A stretch of DNA of 64,000 nucleotides from Eledone cirrhosa (Eukaryota), in NCBI GenBank assembly GCA_964016885.1, contig OZ024757.1:32674001-32738000 (forward strand), given 5' to 3'. The translations under genes and the position numbers were made by a program. Positions 25,477-39,200 of the stretch are shown in pieces. Every line of letters starts with the position of its first letter. Within the stretch, counting starts at the first letter, position 1. Below the pieces are notes generated by a model. The model saw only the letters and a list, made by a program, of their open reading frames with translations, searched no databases and had not been told where the DNA came from.

Positions 25477-25706
25477 GTAAGTGGCTCTGTGTTTATATCA
25501 TTGTATAATGCTATCTCTCTCTGTTGGATCTAACTTGACCTTATCCTCAATATATTTGTTTAATTAATCAGACAACTAAATAAAAAATAGAATACTCATT
25601 AACTCTGTCGTGAACTTTTACTGACGCCTACCATCGAATGTATATATATATACACACTCTAACGTTTGGTTTTATTTATAAATGGAAGAACACTTTATAG
25701 AGAGTA

Positions 25707-25752
<46 letters not shown>

Positions 25753-26981
25753 CGTATGTCAGTTTCAGCTAACAAAAGACATACACACGTATGTACATAT
25801 AAGTTCCTCCTATTGAAATATTTTATCATTCTAATAAGGTCTGTGTTAGATATTTTAGTTTAAGGATTGGTAGAGCATCAGATAAAGAGGCATTGCGTTA
25901 TTTGTTCTGGCTCTTAACTTACTATGATCAAATTCCGCCGATGTCAATTTCACTTTTTATTCTCCCGTAGTCGATAAAATATAGTACCAGTCAAACTAGT
26001 TTTATTTAATCAACTTTGCCCTTCCCCTAAGTTTGCTCAATATATCATTAAATTAGAAATCGATATTATTTTGATTTAACCGCGTCCTCTTGAGAATTAT
26101 GTCTTTTATTTGCCTGAAAAGCATCGGACGCGGTGGATTGGCAGTATCGGTAGAGAGTCGGACGCCATGTTTTGACGCATATTCTGAGTTCAAATCCCGC
26201 CGAGGTTAGCTTTGCTTTTCATCCTTACGGGGTCGATAAAATAAAGCACCAGTAATACACTGGGAGTAATTGCTGGCCTTGTGCTAAAAGTAGAAATAAT
26301 CTAGCAGATGTTCTGTTATCAATATTATTCCAGCCGCAAACCTCTCTTTGAGAGCAATATCCATTATACCATTACTCTTTTACCTGTTCCCATCATCCGA
26401 CTGAGGCCATGCTGTAATACCGATTACATGTTTTAAAATAGTCTATAGGGTGTGATTTGAGGAAGATATGACTATTATTTCCGTCCAGTGTACAGGCACC
26501 CGCGGTGTCTTATAGTCTTTGTTTACGATGAGGCTATTTTTGCTTAACGGGATATATAACTACTTTATCTACTAATATGCTCTTTATTTATTTAAGTTCA
26601 AACGACCACGTTCCGGCTCTCAGCACTCTGAGTTCAAATCCTGTCGTGGTCAACTTTGTCTTTTATCCTTCTTTTAGCATTTAATCCAGCCAGAGTTCTT
26701 TCACCTCTTTCTGTTCAAACTGGCTGTAACTTATCATTCATGCTTGCTTTGAGGTATTCTTCTCAAAATAAATAATATCAAAATCTCATAGATTCGATAT
26801 AATGTCAGATAAAGCCTTTACCCTGAAAATATAATAGTAAATATAGAGTAATGTGAGTGCTAAAGGATTAAGGGGATTTTAATTATTTTGAGCCCAGTTA
26901 CTTTTTCAAGCCTCGTACTCATTTTTATCAAACTCTTTTTGTCAGAGTGCTGCGCTACAGAACATAAATGCTGACCCAAAT

Positions 26982-27019
<38 letters not shown>

Positions 27020-27230
27020 CATGCATACACACAAGCGTCTATAGTTTCCATTTACTAAATTCCATTCAGTAGAAGAAACTTGCTCAATGGGATTGAACCC
27101 CGAACCAGATGGTTGTTCTGGGACTTCCTTAATCATATAGCCATGCCTGCATCTATAATGTATTCTTTTTTAGCTTTTGTATTTGTGTTTTGCCTTTATT
27201 CTCAGATGCCTGAATTCATGATAACCTAAA

Positions 27231-27284
27231 ATGCTTGGGTCTTGTGTAGTCAACAGTCCTAATGGCCCATTAGGCTGTCAAAAG
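27231..27284 (+). CDS. ATAD5: ATAD5 probable first coding exon (MLGSCVVNSPNGPLGCQK); exon begins at 27206
   Basis: ttctcag acceptor at 27205, AAG|GTAAGA donor, phase 0 matches the next exon. Confidence 0.65.
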
Positions 27285-30200
27285 GTAAGACTGTCTTACA
27301 ATTAAATATATTATTACTATTTCATGTATACGTCAAATCTTTCTATTCTTTAACAAACCTATGTAATGTAGACCAACAATTGTTTTAACTTGAACATAAA
27401 TATATTCAGATTAAATGAAAACTAATATTGAACCCAAGCAAATGTAAAACATACACCTATACTCAACACCCAACCACTTAAAGATAAGCTAAATCACACA
27501 CGTCTTTCTAACTATCTCCCATTAAACCAACCACTGACCCACACTAATCACTGCTATGAGGAAGCTGGACGTCATCAGGCTGCAGCTGTCATGTTATATA
27601 GTTTCTATATATGATCTAGTATTTAAGGTGTTGCACTAACGATCATAATGTCATGGGTTTGATTCTTGGACCAGATAGTGCATTGTGTTCTTGAGAAAAA
27701 CACTTACTGTATACAGTAAGTGTCCACCTTACAAACTTCTGCAGATACAAACAGTCTCACGCAGAAAAAAAAACATTTTTCTTCTGGGGCGTGTTATTTA
27801 GGGCCCAACACAATCGATTTTTTTTTTTTTTGTTACATACTCCTCGGTTTATATTTCAGTATATACAGTAATTTCACATTGCCCCAGTACATTCAGCTAA
27901 AACTGAGTACCATCAGTAGCTGGAGGTTAAACCCTGCTATGGACTGGTGACCTGTCCAGAGAGGTGTCTTGTATTTTGTCACTGAACACCGATGAAACTG
28001 AGATGACCACTGACCTGATGACCCTCTGGACTTGGAGGGAAAAAACAAAAAATGTATGCATGGACTCCTGATGGAGCCATAGGGGTACCATAGAAATATA
28101 GAGTGTATCTTGGGTATTTAAAACCTGACAGAGCCATCCCCTCTCAAGGTCTGAATCCAGCTGATTTCCTCCAGAGAAGAAGAGAAAGAATCAACCCTAA
28201 TACTAGACTAGTGTTTTTCTTATCAAGTGCTAATGTATGAAAGTTGATCTAGGCAGGATTTGAACTCAGAATGCAGAAAGCCTCAACAATGCCACAAAAT
28301 ATTCTATACGATATTCAATCTAATTCATCACCTTTGTTATTTATCTAGCCATCACAATGATTTTGGTGGTTTGATATCTAATGTCTAAAGTCTGTCTCAA
28401 GCAGGAGGCTTGTCAGACTGGTACTTATCTTGGTTTTGTGGCGTGAAGCGACTGAGAGTACAAGACCTCACCTTGGACAGGGCGCCAGTCCATCACAGGG
28501 TTAAACACCCAGCTATTGCTGGTACTCATTTTCAGCTTAGTATACTGGAACAACATGAAATGAAGTATTTTGCTCAAGAAGACAACCCATCCAATGGCAT
28601 TATGATCATAAGTCCAACACCCTTACCTCTAGTTAAATCTGTCAAATTATCTTAATATCAGTCTTTTCTTTTCCTTCATTAGGATGTGAATACTACAAAG
28701 AAGACCATAGCAGATTTCTTTGGCAAACCATCTCAGAATAATCTTAGTTCTGTTAAAAAACCAAAGAATATTCTTGGATATTTTTCTAAAAACATAAATA
28801 ATTCACACGGGACTGATGACAGAACAAAGACATCAGTAGGTTCAGAGATCTCGGAAGAACTTCCTCAAGTTCCTACTAAGAACAATGTGGTTAAAAAGAA
28901 CTCTTTGAAGAAGAATCCTCCGACAACCAGTTCTTCGGATAAAAACGGTTCCAATGCCAGTTCTTTGGATAAAAAACGGAAACGTGTTAACAAGAAGGTA
29001 GTGAATGGCGATGAAGATTTTGTTGAAGATGTTCAACCGAAACGTTTTAAATCTACAGATGGTCAAGAACTAAGTACTAACAGAAACATATCTACTCATT
29101 CAAATGTGCCTCTGTCATCAGAGAAAACACCTCAAAATATTTCTAATGTAAAACTAAAATCTCAGGTTGGTAAAATAGTTGGCGAAAATGTCAATCTTTG
29201 CAATAACGACGACAATGATTTTATTTCTAAAAAGGATGCAAAGCCTCGTAAGGAAGAAGTTGTTGGGGGTAAAAAGGAGAAAAAATTACCAAAACGGAAA
29301 TACACTAAGAAAAATACCCAAAACCACGTATCTTCTTCTGGTAAAAATAAAATTCTGAAGAGAAAATCAAAAGTGAATTTTTCAAAAAACCAACAATCCA
29401 ATATTGGTGAAGGAAATGAATTAAGCAAGTTTGAGTGTGAAAAAGAAAGAAAGCAGCCATCAAAAAATGACAATAAAAAAGAAGAAAAGCCAGATTCCAA
29501 GGAAATTTTTCAAAGTGACACCTGTAACAGCAGTGCTGACAGAGAATCAGCTCAACCTGGAGTGATAGACTCTGACACTAAGTCAGATTTAACCAACACT
29601 AAGTTGGGTTTAACCAACACTAAGTCAGATTTAACTGACACTAAGTCAGATTTGACTGGCACCAAGTCAGATTTGACTGACACTAAGTCAGATTTAACTG
29701 ACACTAAGTCAGATTTGACTGGCACCAAGTCAGATTTGACTGACACTAAGTCAGATTTGACTGACACTAAGTCAGATTTGACTGACACTAAGTCAGATTT
29801 GACTGACACTAAGTCAGATTTGACTGACACTAAGTCAGATTTGACTGACACTAAGTCAGATTTGACTGACACTAAGTCAGATTTGACTGACACTAAGTCA
29901 GATTTGACTGACACTAAGTCAGATTTGACTGACACTAAGTCAGATTTGACTGGCACTAAGTCAGATTTGACTGGCACTAAGTCAGATTTGACTGGCACTA
30001 AGTCAGATTTGACTGGCACTAAGTCAGATTTGACTGACACTAAGTCAGATTTGACTGACACTAAGTCAGATTTGACTGACACTAAGTCAGATTTGACTGG
30101 CACTAAGTCAGATTTGACTGGCACTAAGTCAGATTTGACTGGCACTAAGTCAGATTTGACTGGCACTAAGTCAGATTTGACTGGCACTAAGTCAGATTTG

Positions 30201-33200
30201 ACTGGCACTAAGTCAGATTTGACTGGCACTAAGTCAGATTTGACCGACACCAAGTCGGGTTTAGCCGACACCAAGTCGGATTTAACCAAAAGTTGTCAGT
30301 CTCATAAGATCGAATCTGATGAAAAGGATGAACTAAATGCTATGGAACTCTCGTACGAAGAATTCTTACTTTCTGAGACTGTCACAGAAGAGGAGGAGGA
30401 GGAGTCCTCGGATGTGAATTCTGCTGAAATTAGTCCAGAAAAGGCATCTTCTACATGTGTGTCTGTTACTATGCAAATAAAAGAGATACCTGATTTGCAA
30501 CGAGTTAGTGTTGTGGCAGACATACATCCAGAACCATCTGTAAACAACTTGACAACTGCTAATTCTATTAAGAAGGCCAGTAAATCTATGATAGCTGTTT
30601 TGAAAGATGTCCCCTCCTCAGAAGTGATTAAAGCTAAACAAGGAGACATCAATGACATCATTGTTCTAGGCGTGGAACCATTAGATAAAACTGACGAGGT
30701 TGTTATTGTTGTTGATGAGGCTCCACATAAGGATGAGCAGAAGGAAACTTCATCAATTAATACCAGCACCAAGAAAGTCACCTCTAACCGTAAGTCTAAG
30801 CCTAAACCCATCTCTAAAGGTAAAAACAAAAAGTCTGCAGTAATATCTAATTCTCCAGGTGTAAAATGTTCACAGTCAACACTGAATTTTGAGCAAGGTC
30901 ATTTAGATCTGAATTCGAAATCATCTAATGAAAGCAGTCCAGTTGAAAAATCTAAAAGAACCCTGAAAACTGATTCAAAGCAACCAAATGTTGCTGCTGA
31001 GATTACTGAGAAGCCGCAACAGAACAAACGTATTTACAAAAAGAATAAACAAAAAGATTTGGTATTGAATAAATACAAAGATAAAAATTTTTCTCAAAAT
31101 TCTACCAAGCGAGTTAAATCCCCCGAAATACCAGCTGTTTCACACCAGCCTAAGAAAAGGAAAAATAAATTAGGCAAGAGGAAATATGAAAAAAGTTCTT
31201 CAAAATCGTGAGTTGACATTCTATTTATAACCCTTTAACATTTAAACCTGCCATATCTGCCCAGAATTCTCTCACCTCTTTCTGTTCAAACCGGCCATAA
31301 CCGGCTGCTCATACCAACGCCAAGGTATTGTTCTCAAAATAAATAACATCAAAATCTCGTAGATTCGATATTATGTTAGATAAGGCCTTTACCACAAAAA
31401 TACAATAGTAAATATAGAGTAATGTAAATGCTAAAGGGTTAATCAAGTTTTTTTTTTTGTATTTAACTTTGAAGTTGTGTCGTTCATACAGCTTTCACAT
31501 TGTGGTTTTAGTTGACCACTTAGGAGATTTAAGAGGGCCCCAATTTTATCACACATATCATCATCATTGTCACTGTTTAATGCCCTTTTTTCCATGTTAG
31601 CATGGGTTAGACAAGTCCCGTTGTGAGACAAGTCGGATCAGGTGATCTAGTCTTGCTTATACTGAACTATTTCTGGTTTGGTTTGTACAGCAGGATGCCC
31701 TTCCTAACACCAACCACATTTACATTGTAGACTGGGTGCTTTTTATCATGGCACCAAAACGACTTTACAGTGTGGACTGGGCACTTTTTGCCGTGACACC
31801 AATATGACCACTTTACAGTATATATATTTATATATCATCATCATCATTTTACGTCCGCTTTTCCCTTCTTGCAAGGGTGGGACGGGAACTGATTCTGGCT
31901 TGATTTCTACAGCTGGATGCCCTTCCTAACACCAACCTCATTTACAGTGAGTGCTGGGTGCTTTTTTGCAGTGGAATGATAGGGACCCCTGTCCCTATCA
32001 TCTCATTTCTACAGCTGAGTAAACTGGAGCAATGTGAAATAAAGTGTCTTGCTCAAGGAAACAACACATCACCCGGTCTGAGAATTGAACTCACAACCTT
32101 TCGATTGCAAGGCCATATGCCTGTGTATATATATAAAATCATACATCCGTTTTCCTTGCTTGCAAGGGTTGGACGTGTGTGTGTATATATATAGGCGCAT
32201 GGCTTAGTGGTTAGAGCATTGGGCTTGCAATCGAAAGGTTGTGAGTTCTATTCTCAGACCGGGTGATGTGTTGTTTCCTTGAGCAAGACACTTTATTTCA
32301 CATTGCTCCAGTTTACTCAGCTGTAGAAATGAGATGATAGGACTGCGGTCCTTATCATTCCACTGCAAAGTAGTCGTGGAGGTGCCACTGAAAAAAAGCA
32401 CCCTACCCACACTGTAAAGTGGACATGTAGGTATCACGGGGGAAAAAGCACCCAGCACTCACTGTAAATCAGGTTGGTGTTAGGAAAGGCATACAGCTGT
32501 AGAAATCAAGCCAGAATCAGTTCCCGTATGAGCAAGACAAGGTCAGCCGACCGGACACTGCCCACAACAAGACAACCCGTCTAACCCATGCTAGCGTGGA
32601 AGAACGGACATAAAACGGTGATGATGATGATAAGCGTCTCTGTTTTACATCTATTTTCTGTGTTTGCATGGGTTAGACAGGTCAAATGACCGTGTCTTAC
32701 TCATATGCTCCATTCTGGTATGGTTTCTAAGGTTGAGGACCCTTCTTAATGCCAACTACTTCATGTGTACTGGGTGCATTTTATCATGGCGCCAACACTG
32801 CCCCTTTGTTGTTAGGGCTCTCTCTTCATAGGTTTTGCCAGACTCCTATGTAGGGTGCATCTCTTAGAAAGTGTCATGGATATCTTCATAAGGAGGCCAC
32901 AGCCCTATCATGTTAGCATTTTTCTATCAACAAAAGTTAGGATTTGAACCCAAAACCAAAACATATCCCATCCAACAATCTAAGACTGTGGTTACCAAAC
33001 TGTGTGCCATGGCACATTAATGTGCTGTGTGATATAACTAGATGTGCCACAAAAGACTAAGATTTAAGATGTGAAAAATACAAACTGAAATTCATATGAA
33101 TAAATATAAATATTATTGTATGGGACAAATTTGTAGTCAAAGGGTTAAATCAAATATGTAATGATAAAATAACAAAAGTGAACATCTGTATTTTCTCTTT

Positions 33201-36200
33201 GCAGCTCTGTAGAAAAGAATGTAAAGAAAGCCAAGGTGACTCTCCATGAAGATAAGACAGCTGAAGTAAGAACAGAATAACTCTTAACATCCTTAAACTA
33301 TTCAGCAGAAAATGTCTTAAAAGAGGTTTAATTTAAATGTTTATAGTACCTTTACAAGTGAATAGATTGTGGAAATTTGCAGTGTTATCTTTTAACACCC
33401 TATAATACGGTCCCATTGTCTACTGAGTGTATTTTGTCAGGCCACAAGCACTGGGGAGGCTGTCATGCTTTGACACAACTGATGGGGCCTCCCAATGCTT
33501 TGTTTGGCAAGTTTTCTACAGCTGGATGCCCTTCCTATCAACAAACACTTTACAACATGTACTGGGTACATTTATCATATAGGGAGATTGTCGTGTTCTT
33601 CACACAACTGAAGGGTCTTCTCAACCCTTTTCTTTGGCAAGCTTTTTATGACTGGATGCACTTTCTATCTACAACCACTTTACAATATGTACTAGATGCA
33701 TTTATCATGTAGATCACCAACACTAGGGAGATTGTCATGTCCTTGACACAACTAAAGGGTCTTCCCAACCCTTTTCTATGGCTGGATGCCAACAATTAAT
33801 TCCTGGTTACATTGTGGAAGCCTTCTAACAAAACACTATTTTTAAATTGAATATATCATTTATTTGATTGTAAATTTTTCACTTTTCTATTATTGTTTTG
33901 TTAGGTTACTGAAGTGAAGCATACCTCCACAACAGTAGCAGATGGAAACGTTAAGGAAAACTTAGATGTGTTAAAGAAATCATCAAAATCAAAGCTTGAT
34001 GTTGTTGCGAAATCAGAGTCTACGGAAACAGCCTTAGCAATAACTCGTAAAAGTCTGCGATTGCGGGAACGGAAAGTCGTATTTGTACCATCAGATGATC
34101 TTGAGATACTGGATGATCTGGAGATTATACCCCCTAAAGAGAAGGAAAATAAAGTGAGCCCTAAGACAACTTTAGCCACAAAAGAGAAGCGTTTAAACAA
34201 CGAAAAAATTCCTCAAAAAGGTAATGGAAAAATATATCACCATCATCACCATCATCACTATCACCGTTTTACATCCATTTTCCACACTATCATAGGTTAG
34301 ATGAGTTTTTCTGTTGTGGGCAATGCTAGGTCAGGTGACCATGCCTTGTTCATACAGAACTGATCCTGGCTTGGTTTCTATGGCTTGATGCCTTTCCTAA
34401 CGCCAACCTCATTTACAGTGAGTACTAGGTGCTTTTTGTTGTGATGCTTACACGACGACTACAATGTAGCATGGGTGCTTTTTGTTGTGATGCTTACACG
34501 ACCACTACAATGTAGCATGGGTGCTTTTTGTTGTGATGCTTACATGACCACTACAATGTAGCATGGGTGCTTTTTGTTGTGATGCTTACACGACCACTAC
34601 AATGTAGCATGGGTGCTTTTTGTTGTGATGCTTACACGACCACTACAATGTAGCATGGGTGCTTTTTGTTGTGATGCTTACACGACCACTACAATGTAGC
34701 ATGGGTGCTTTTTGTTGTGATGCTTACACGACCACTACAATGTAGCATGGGTGCTTTTTGTTGTGATGCTTACACGACCACTACAATGTAGCATGGGTGC
34801 TTTTTGTTGTGATGCTTACACGACCACTACAATGTAGCATGGGTGCTTTTTGTTGTGATGCTTACACGACCACTACAATGTAGCATGGGTGCTTTTTGTT
34901 GTGATGCTTACACGACCACTACAATGTAGCATGGGTGCTTTTTGTTGTGATGCTTACACGACGACTACAATGTAGCATGGGTGCTTTTTGTTGTGATGCT
35001 TACACGACCACTACAATGTAGCATGGGTGCTTTTTGTTGTGATGCTTACATGGCCACTACAATGTAGCATGGGTGCTTTTTGTTGTGATGCTTACACGGC
35101 CACTACAATGTAGCATGGGTGCTTTTTGTTGTGATGCTTACATGGCCACTACAATGTAGCATGGGTGCTTTTTGTTGTGATGCTTACATGGCCACTACAA
35201 TGTAGCATGGGTGCTTTTTGTTGTGATGCTTACACGGCCACTACAATGTAGCATGGGTGCTTTTTGTTGTGATGCTTACACGACCACTACAATGTAGCAT
35301 GGGTGCTTTTTGTTGTGATGCTTACACGGCCACTACAATGTAGCATGGGTGCTTTTTGTTGTGATGCTTACACGACCACTACAATGTAGCATGGGTGCTT
35401 TTTGTTGTGATGCTTACATGGCCACTACAATGTAGCATGGGTGCTTTTTGTCATGACACTACACGATCACTTTACAGAGGTCGTGTAGGTGTATATATAT
35501 ATATATTATAATTAATGAAGGTGCATGGCTTAGTGATTAGAGCATTGGGCTTGCAATCGTGAAGTTATGAGTTCAATTCCCAGACCATGTAATACATTAA
35601 GTCCTTGAGCAAGACACTTTATTTCATGTTGCTCCAGTTTGCTCAGCTGCAGGAATGAGTTGCGAGGTGTCTGGTGCCAAGCAGTATCAGCCTTTGCCTT
35701 TCACTTGGACAACATCGATGGCATGGAGAGGGGAGACTTGTATGCATGGTCTTCCTCAAACAACTTTGCCCAAACTTGAGCCTTGGAGGGGGACTTTCTA
35801 GGTACAAATCCCATGGTCATTTGTGACCGAAGGACATCTTGCCCCTTTATAATTATAAATTATATATCTATATATTATCATCATCTCTATTTAACGTCTA
35901 TTTTCCATGCTTGCATGGGTTGGATAGACTCATGTACTATGGTTAGATTAGTCAAGTGACTATGTCTTGCTCATACACTCTATTTTTGGCATGAATTTAA
36001 AGGGATTTAGTAATATAACTTTCTCATTATTAAGCCAGTGTTTGGAAAATAACTTAACAAAGGCTCTTACATGAAATTATTACGTAAAATTATTTAGTTA
36101 AATATAAACATTTTAAAACTAATATCTGTATCCGGAAATCAAGGGCAGTTGCAGGCAGTTTGGTATCAAAAGGGTTAAACTGGTGTTTGGAACATAACTT

Positions 36201-39200
36201 ACAAAGGTTCTTACATAAAATTATGATTGATTGAAGGTTTTTTGGGGTTTTTTTTTTAGTTAAATATAAACTTTAAAATTAATTGTTTCTACGTTAGGCA
36301 CAAGGCCAGCAAATACCCAGTGTATTACTGGTACTTTATTTTATCGACCCCGTAAGGATGAAAGGCAAATTTAACCTCGGCGGGATTTGAACTCAGAATG
36401 GCAAGGGCCGTAACTCTATGCGTCAAAGCATGGCGTCCAACCCTCTACCAATACTGCCAATCCAAAACTTTAAAATTAATAGTTGTGTATCAGAACCAGG
36501 AGTGGTTTGGTATGAAAAAGCTTAACCCTTTAGCATTTTAACCGGCTTTATCCGGCCAAAATTCTCTCACCTCTTTCTGGTCAAACCGTCCATAACTGGC
36601 CACTGATACTGATGTTAAAGTATTGTTCTCAAAATAAATAATATCAAAATCTCATAGATTCGATATGTGAGATAATGCCTTTTCTACAAAATACAGTAGT
36701 ATATATAATGTAAATGCTAAAGGGCTAATAAATATATTTTTCTATTGTGTGTATATGTAGATGGAAAACTTGCTCCGATTTTCATGAAAAATAACAAGAA
36801 AGGACGTAAAAAATCTAAATCTGAAATAGAAGCAGAGAAACTGAAACGTGCTTTTTTGATGAGTGGCTTACCTGAAGAAGCCAAACGGCAACAGCAGCAG
36901 ACCATTAACCATACAGTGGGAGCAGTTGGATGTGACTATGCACCGTTCCCCACAGACAGTCATGTCCAACAAATTGAACCTCCTGGAGCTGAAATGAACC
37001 CTTGGGATTTACCAGCAGTTGATTTGCTGCTAAATAAGGGAAGAGAACCAGACGCTGAAGGAAACAACACCATTACAACACCACCATGGAATGGTTCTCT
37101 CAATGTAGTCACTGAATCTCATTTATGTAACACAGCGTTGGATCATCTGAAGGTTTGTATTACTTTTGTATTTTTCCCTCCTACCTATCCTTCTGTCTGA
37201 CTCCTTCTTTTCCCACTCCAACCCCTTTCTCTCTCTACCTTATTCGTCTCCACTCTTTCTTTTAACTAAATAAAGAACATTTACATTACTCTATATTTAC
37301 TATCATATGTTCACAGTAAAGGCTTTTCTTCACATAAGTATCAGCAGCTAGTTACGGCCAGTTTGAACAGAAAGATGCGAGAGAATTCTAGCCGGTTTAA
37401 ATGCTAAAGGGTTAAACATCATAATCATCATTTAATATCCGTTCTTCCAGACCAGCATGGGATTAAATAGGTCATCACAGACCAAGTCAGTACTTAATTG
37501 GAGTTACTACCCGATAGCCAGAAACAGCTTTATATAAACAAGGCTCAGTCACCTGACCCAACTTGCCTCAAATGGGACAACCCATCTTACCCATGCTAGC
37601 GTAGAAAGTGGACGTTAAACAATGGTGAGGATGATACATACATAACATATCCAATGGGTTTCCATTCATTTTCCATCTACCAAATTACACTTGCAAGGCA
37701 TTGGTCAACCCAAAGCTATAGTAGAGTAGAAGACACCTTCCCAAAGTACCATGCAGTGGGAATGAACCCAAAATACCACATGGCTGCAAAGTGAACTCCT
37801 TAACCACACAACCGTGTCTGTATACATTAATTCTTCTTAATTTTCTTTCCTTTTGTGTATATATTTTATCAATCAGTTTCTTTTTTCTTTTTTTAAATTG
37901 CGGGATCATGTGTAAATGAGATGTGGGCCTCCAGCTCATCTGAGAGGTCAGTGGCTCTGATTAGGTACTGACTTGTTCTATGACAACTCATCTAACCCTT
38001 TCTAGCAAAGAAAACTGTCATTAAAAGGAAAGCTATGATCCACTGGATTTGCAGTGTGACCACTGAGGATGTCAGCTCAACTGAGCTCCTGTAAAGACTG
38101 CTGATCAGTGATCTTGATAATGTGCTTCACACAAGACACGTGTGCTGGTATGGCCATGTCGAGTGCAGTGAGGGCTGGATCAGCAAAGTGATGAATGTCG
38201 ATCCAGGAGCCAGTAGAGGCCTAGGAAGACCAAAAAGGACTTGGATAGAGGATGTCCGTCGGGATCAAGCTAGGCCTGGCACAAGTGAGACCGGCAGACA
38301 GAAACACATGGGGCGGGGCGCTAAGGTGCGCTTTCAGACAAGACCCACCCTTACTTAGGAATTAATTGTGTCCTGCATAATCAAAAACTGGATGATGATG
38401 ATGATTAAAGCCATGTTTTTAATTGTTATTATTTTATTAATTTTTCAGAAATTCTCAAAACATACTCCCCTGTTAGAATCTGAAATTAAGACAATTCTTC
38501 ATGAAATTTCTGCTGCTAACCCATCTTATCCTGCTCAATATTTTTATGAGATGGCACTGAAACGAAACAAGGTGCCTGACAAGACTGATAAAATCCCTGC
38601 AAAGTCAGGTAGGGTTTGTTTGTTTGTTTTTACTGTTACTGCTTAGTCAGGAGACTGACTGTGTGAATCCAATTTAGAATAGCTATGTAAAAAAGTAAAC
38701 AGAAATAACAAAGCAAATGACTCGGTACAATGAAGAAATATATTAGTTTAACGAAAAGAATCTTAACGTTTCGGACACTAGTCCTTCATCAGAAGATAGA
38801 ATGAGAAATAAAAAATGAAATAGAAAAATAAAGTGTGGGAAGAGGAACGGACAGAGAAAAAAAACATGCATATTCAGTCAGCCATAGCCACACTGAATTC
38901 CTATGTATCGTAAGAGGCGACTAATAGGGCTCACACCAGGAAGAAGGTCTAGCTGTAAAAACCTTGCTTCTGAAAGGACCTTATGACATGGGGTTCGCAA
39001 GGATAAATCCCACTTTAATGGGGGTAGAAAAGACCTTAAAATTTTTTGTTGTTTAGTGAATGTTGGAAAAGGGTGATGACCAATGTAAAAAAAGAGGGAG
39101 CACTTATCCACTTTGCATACTGGTATGGGTTGGAAAGTTGTGGTGATCTTGGATTAAATGGATAGGAGAGACCATATTTTGGCATGGTTCCTACAGCCAG

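Noticed and set aside
29552-30289. 245-aa antisense ORF (VKSDLVS/P)n as a separate gene
   Set aside because: Stop-free by-product of the palindromic 21-bp unit; no ATG or splice support
34428-35452. Possible CRISPR array
   Set aside because: Units abut with no unique spacers, the context is a eukaryotic intron, there are no cas genes, and the unit derives from a SINE tail
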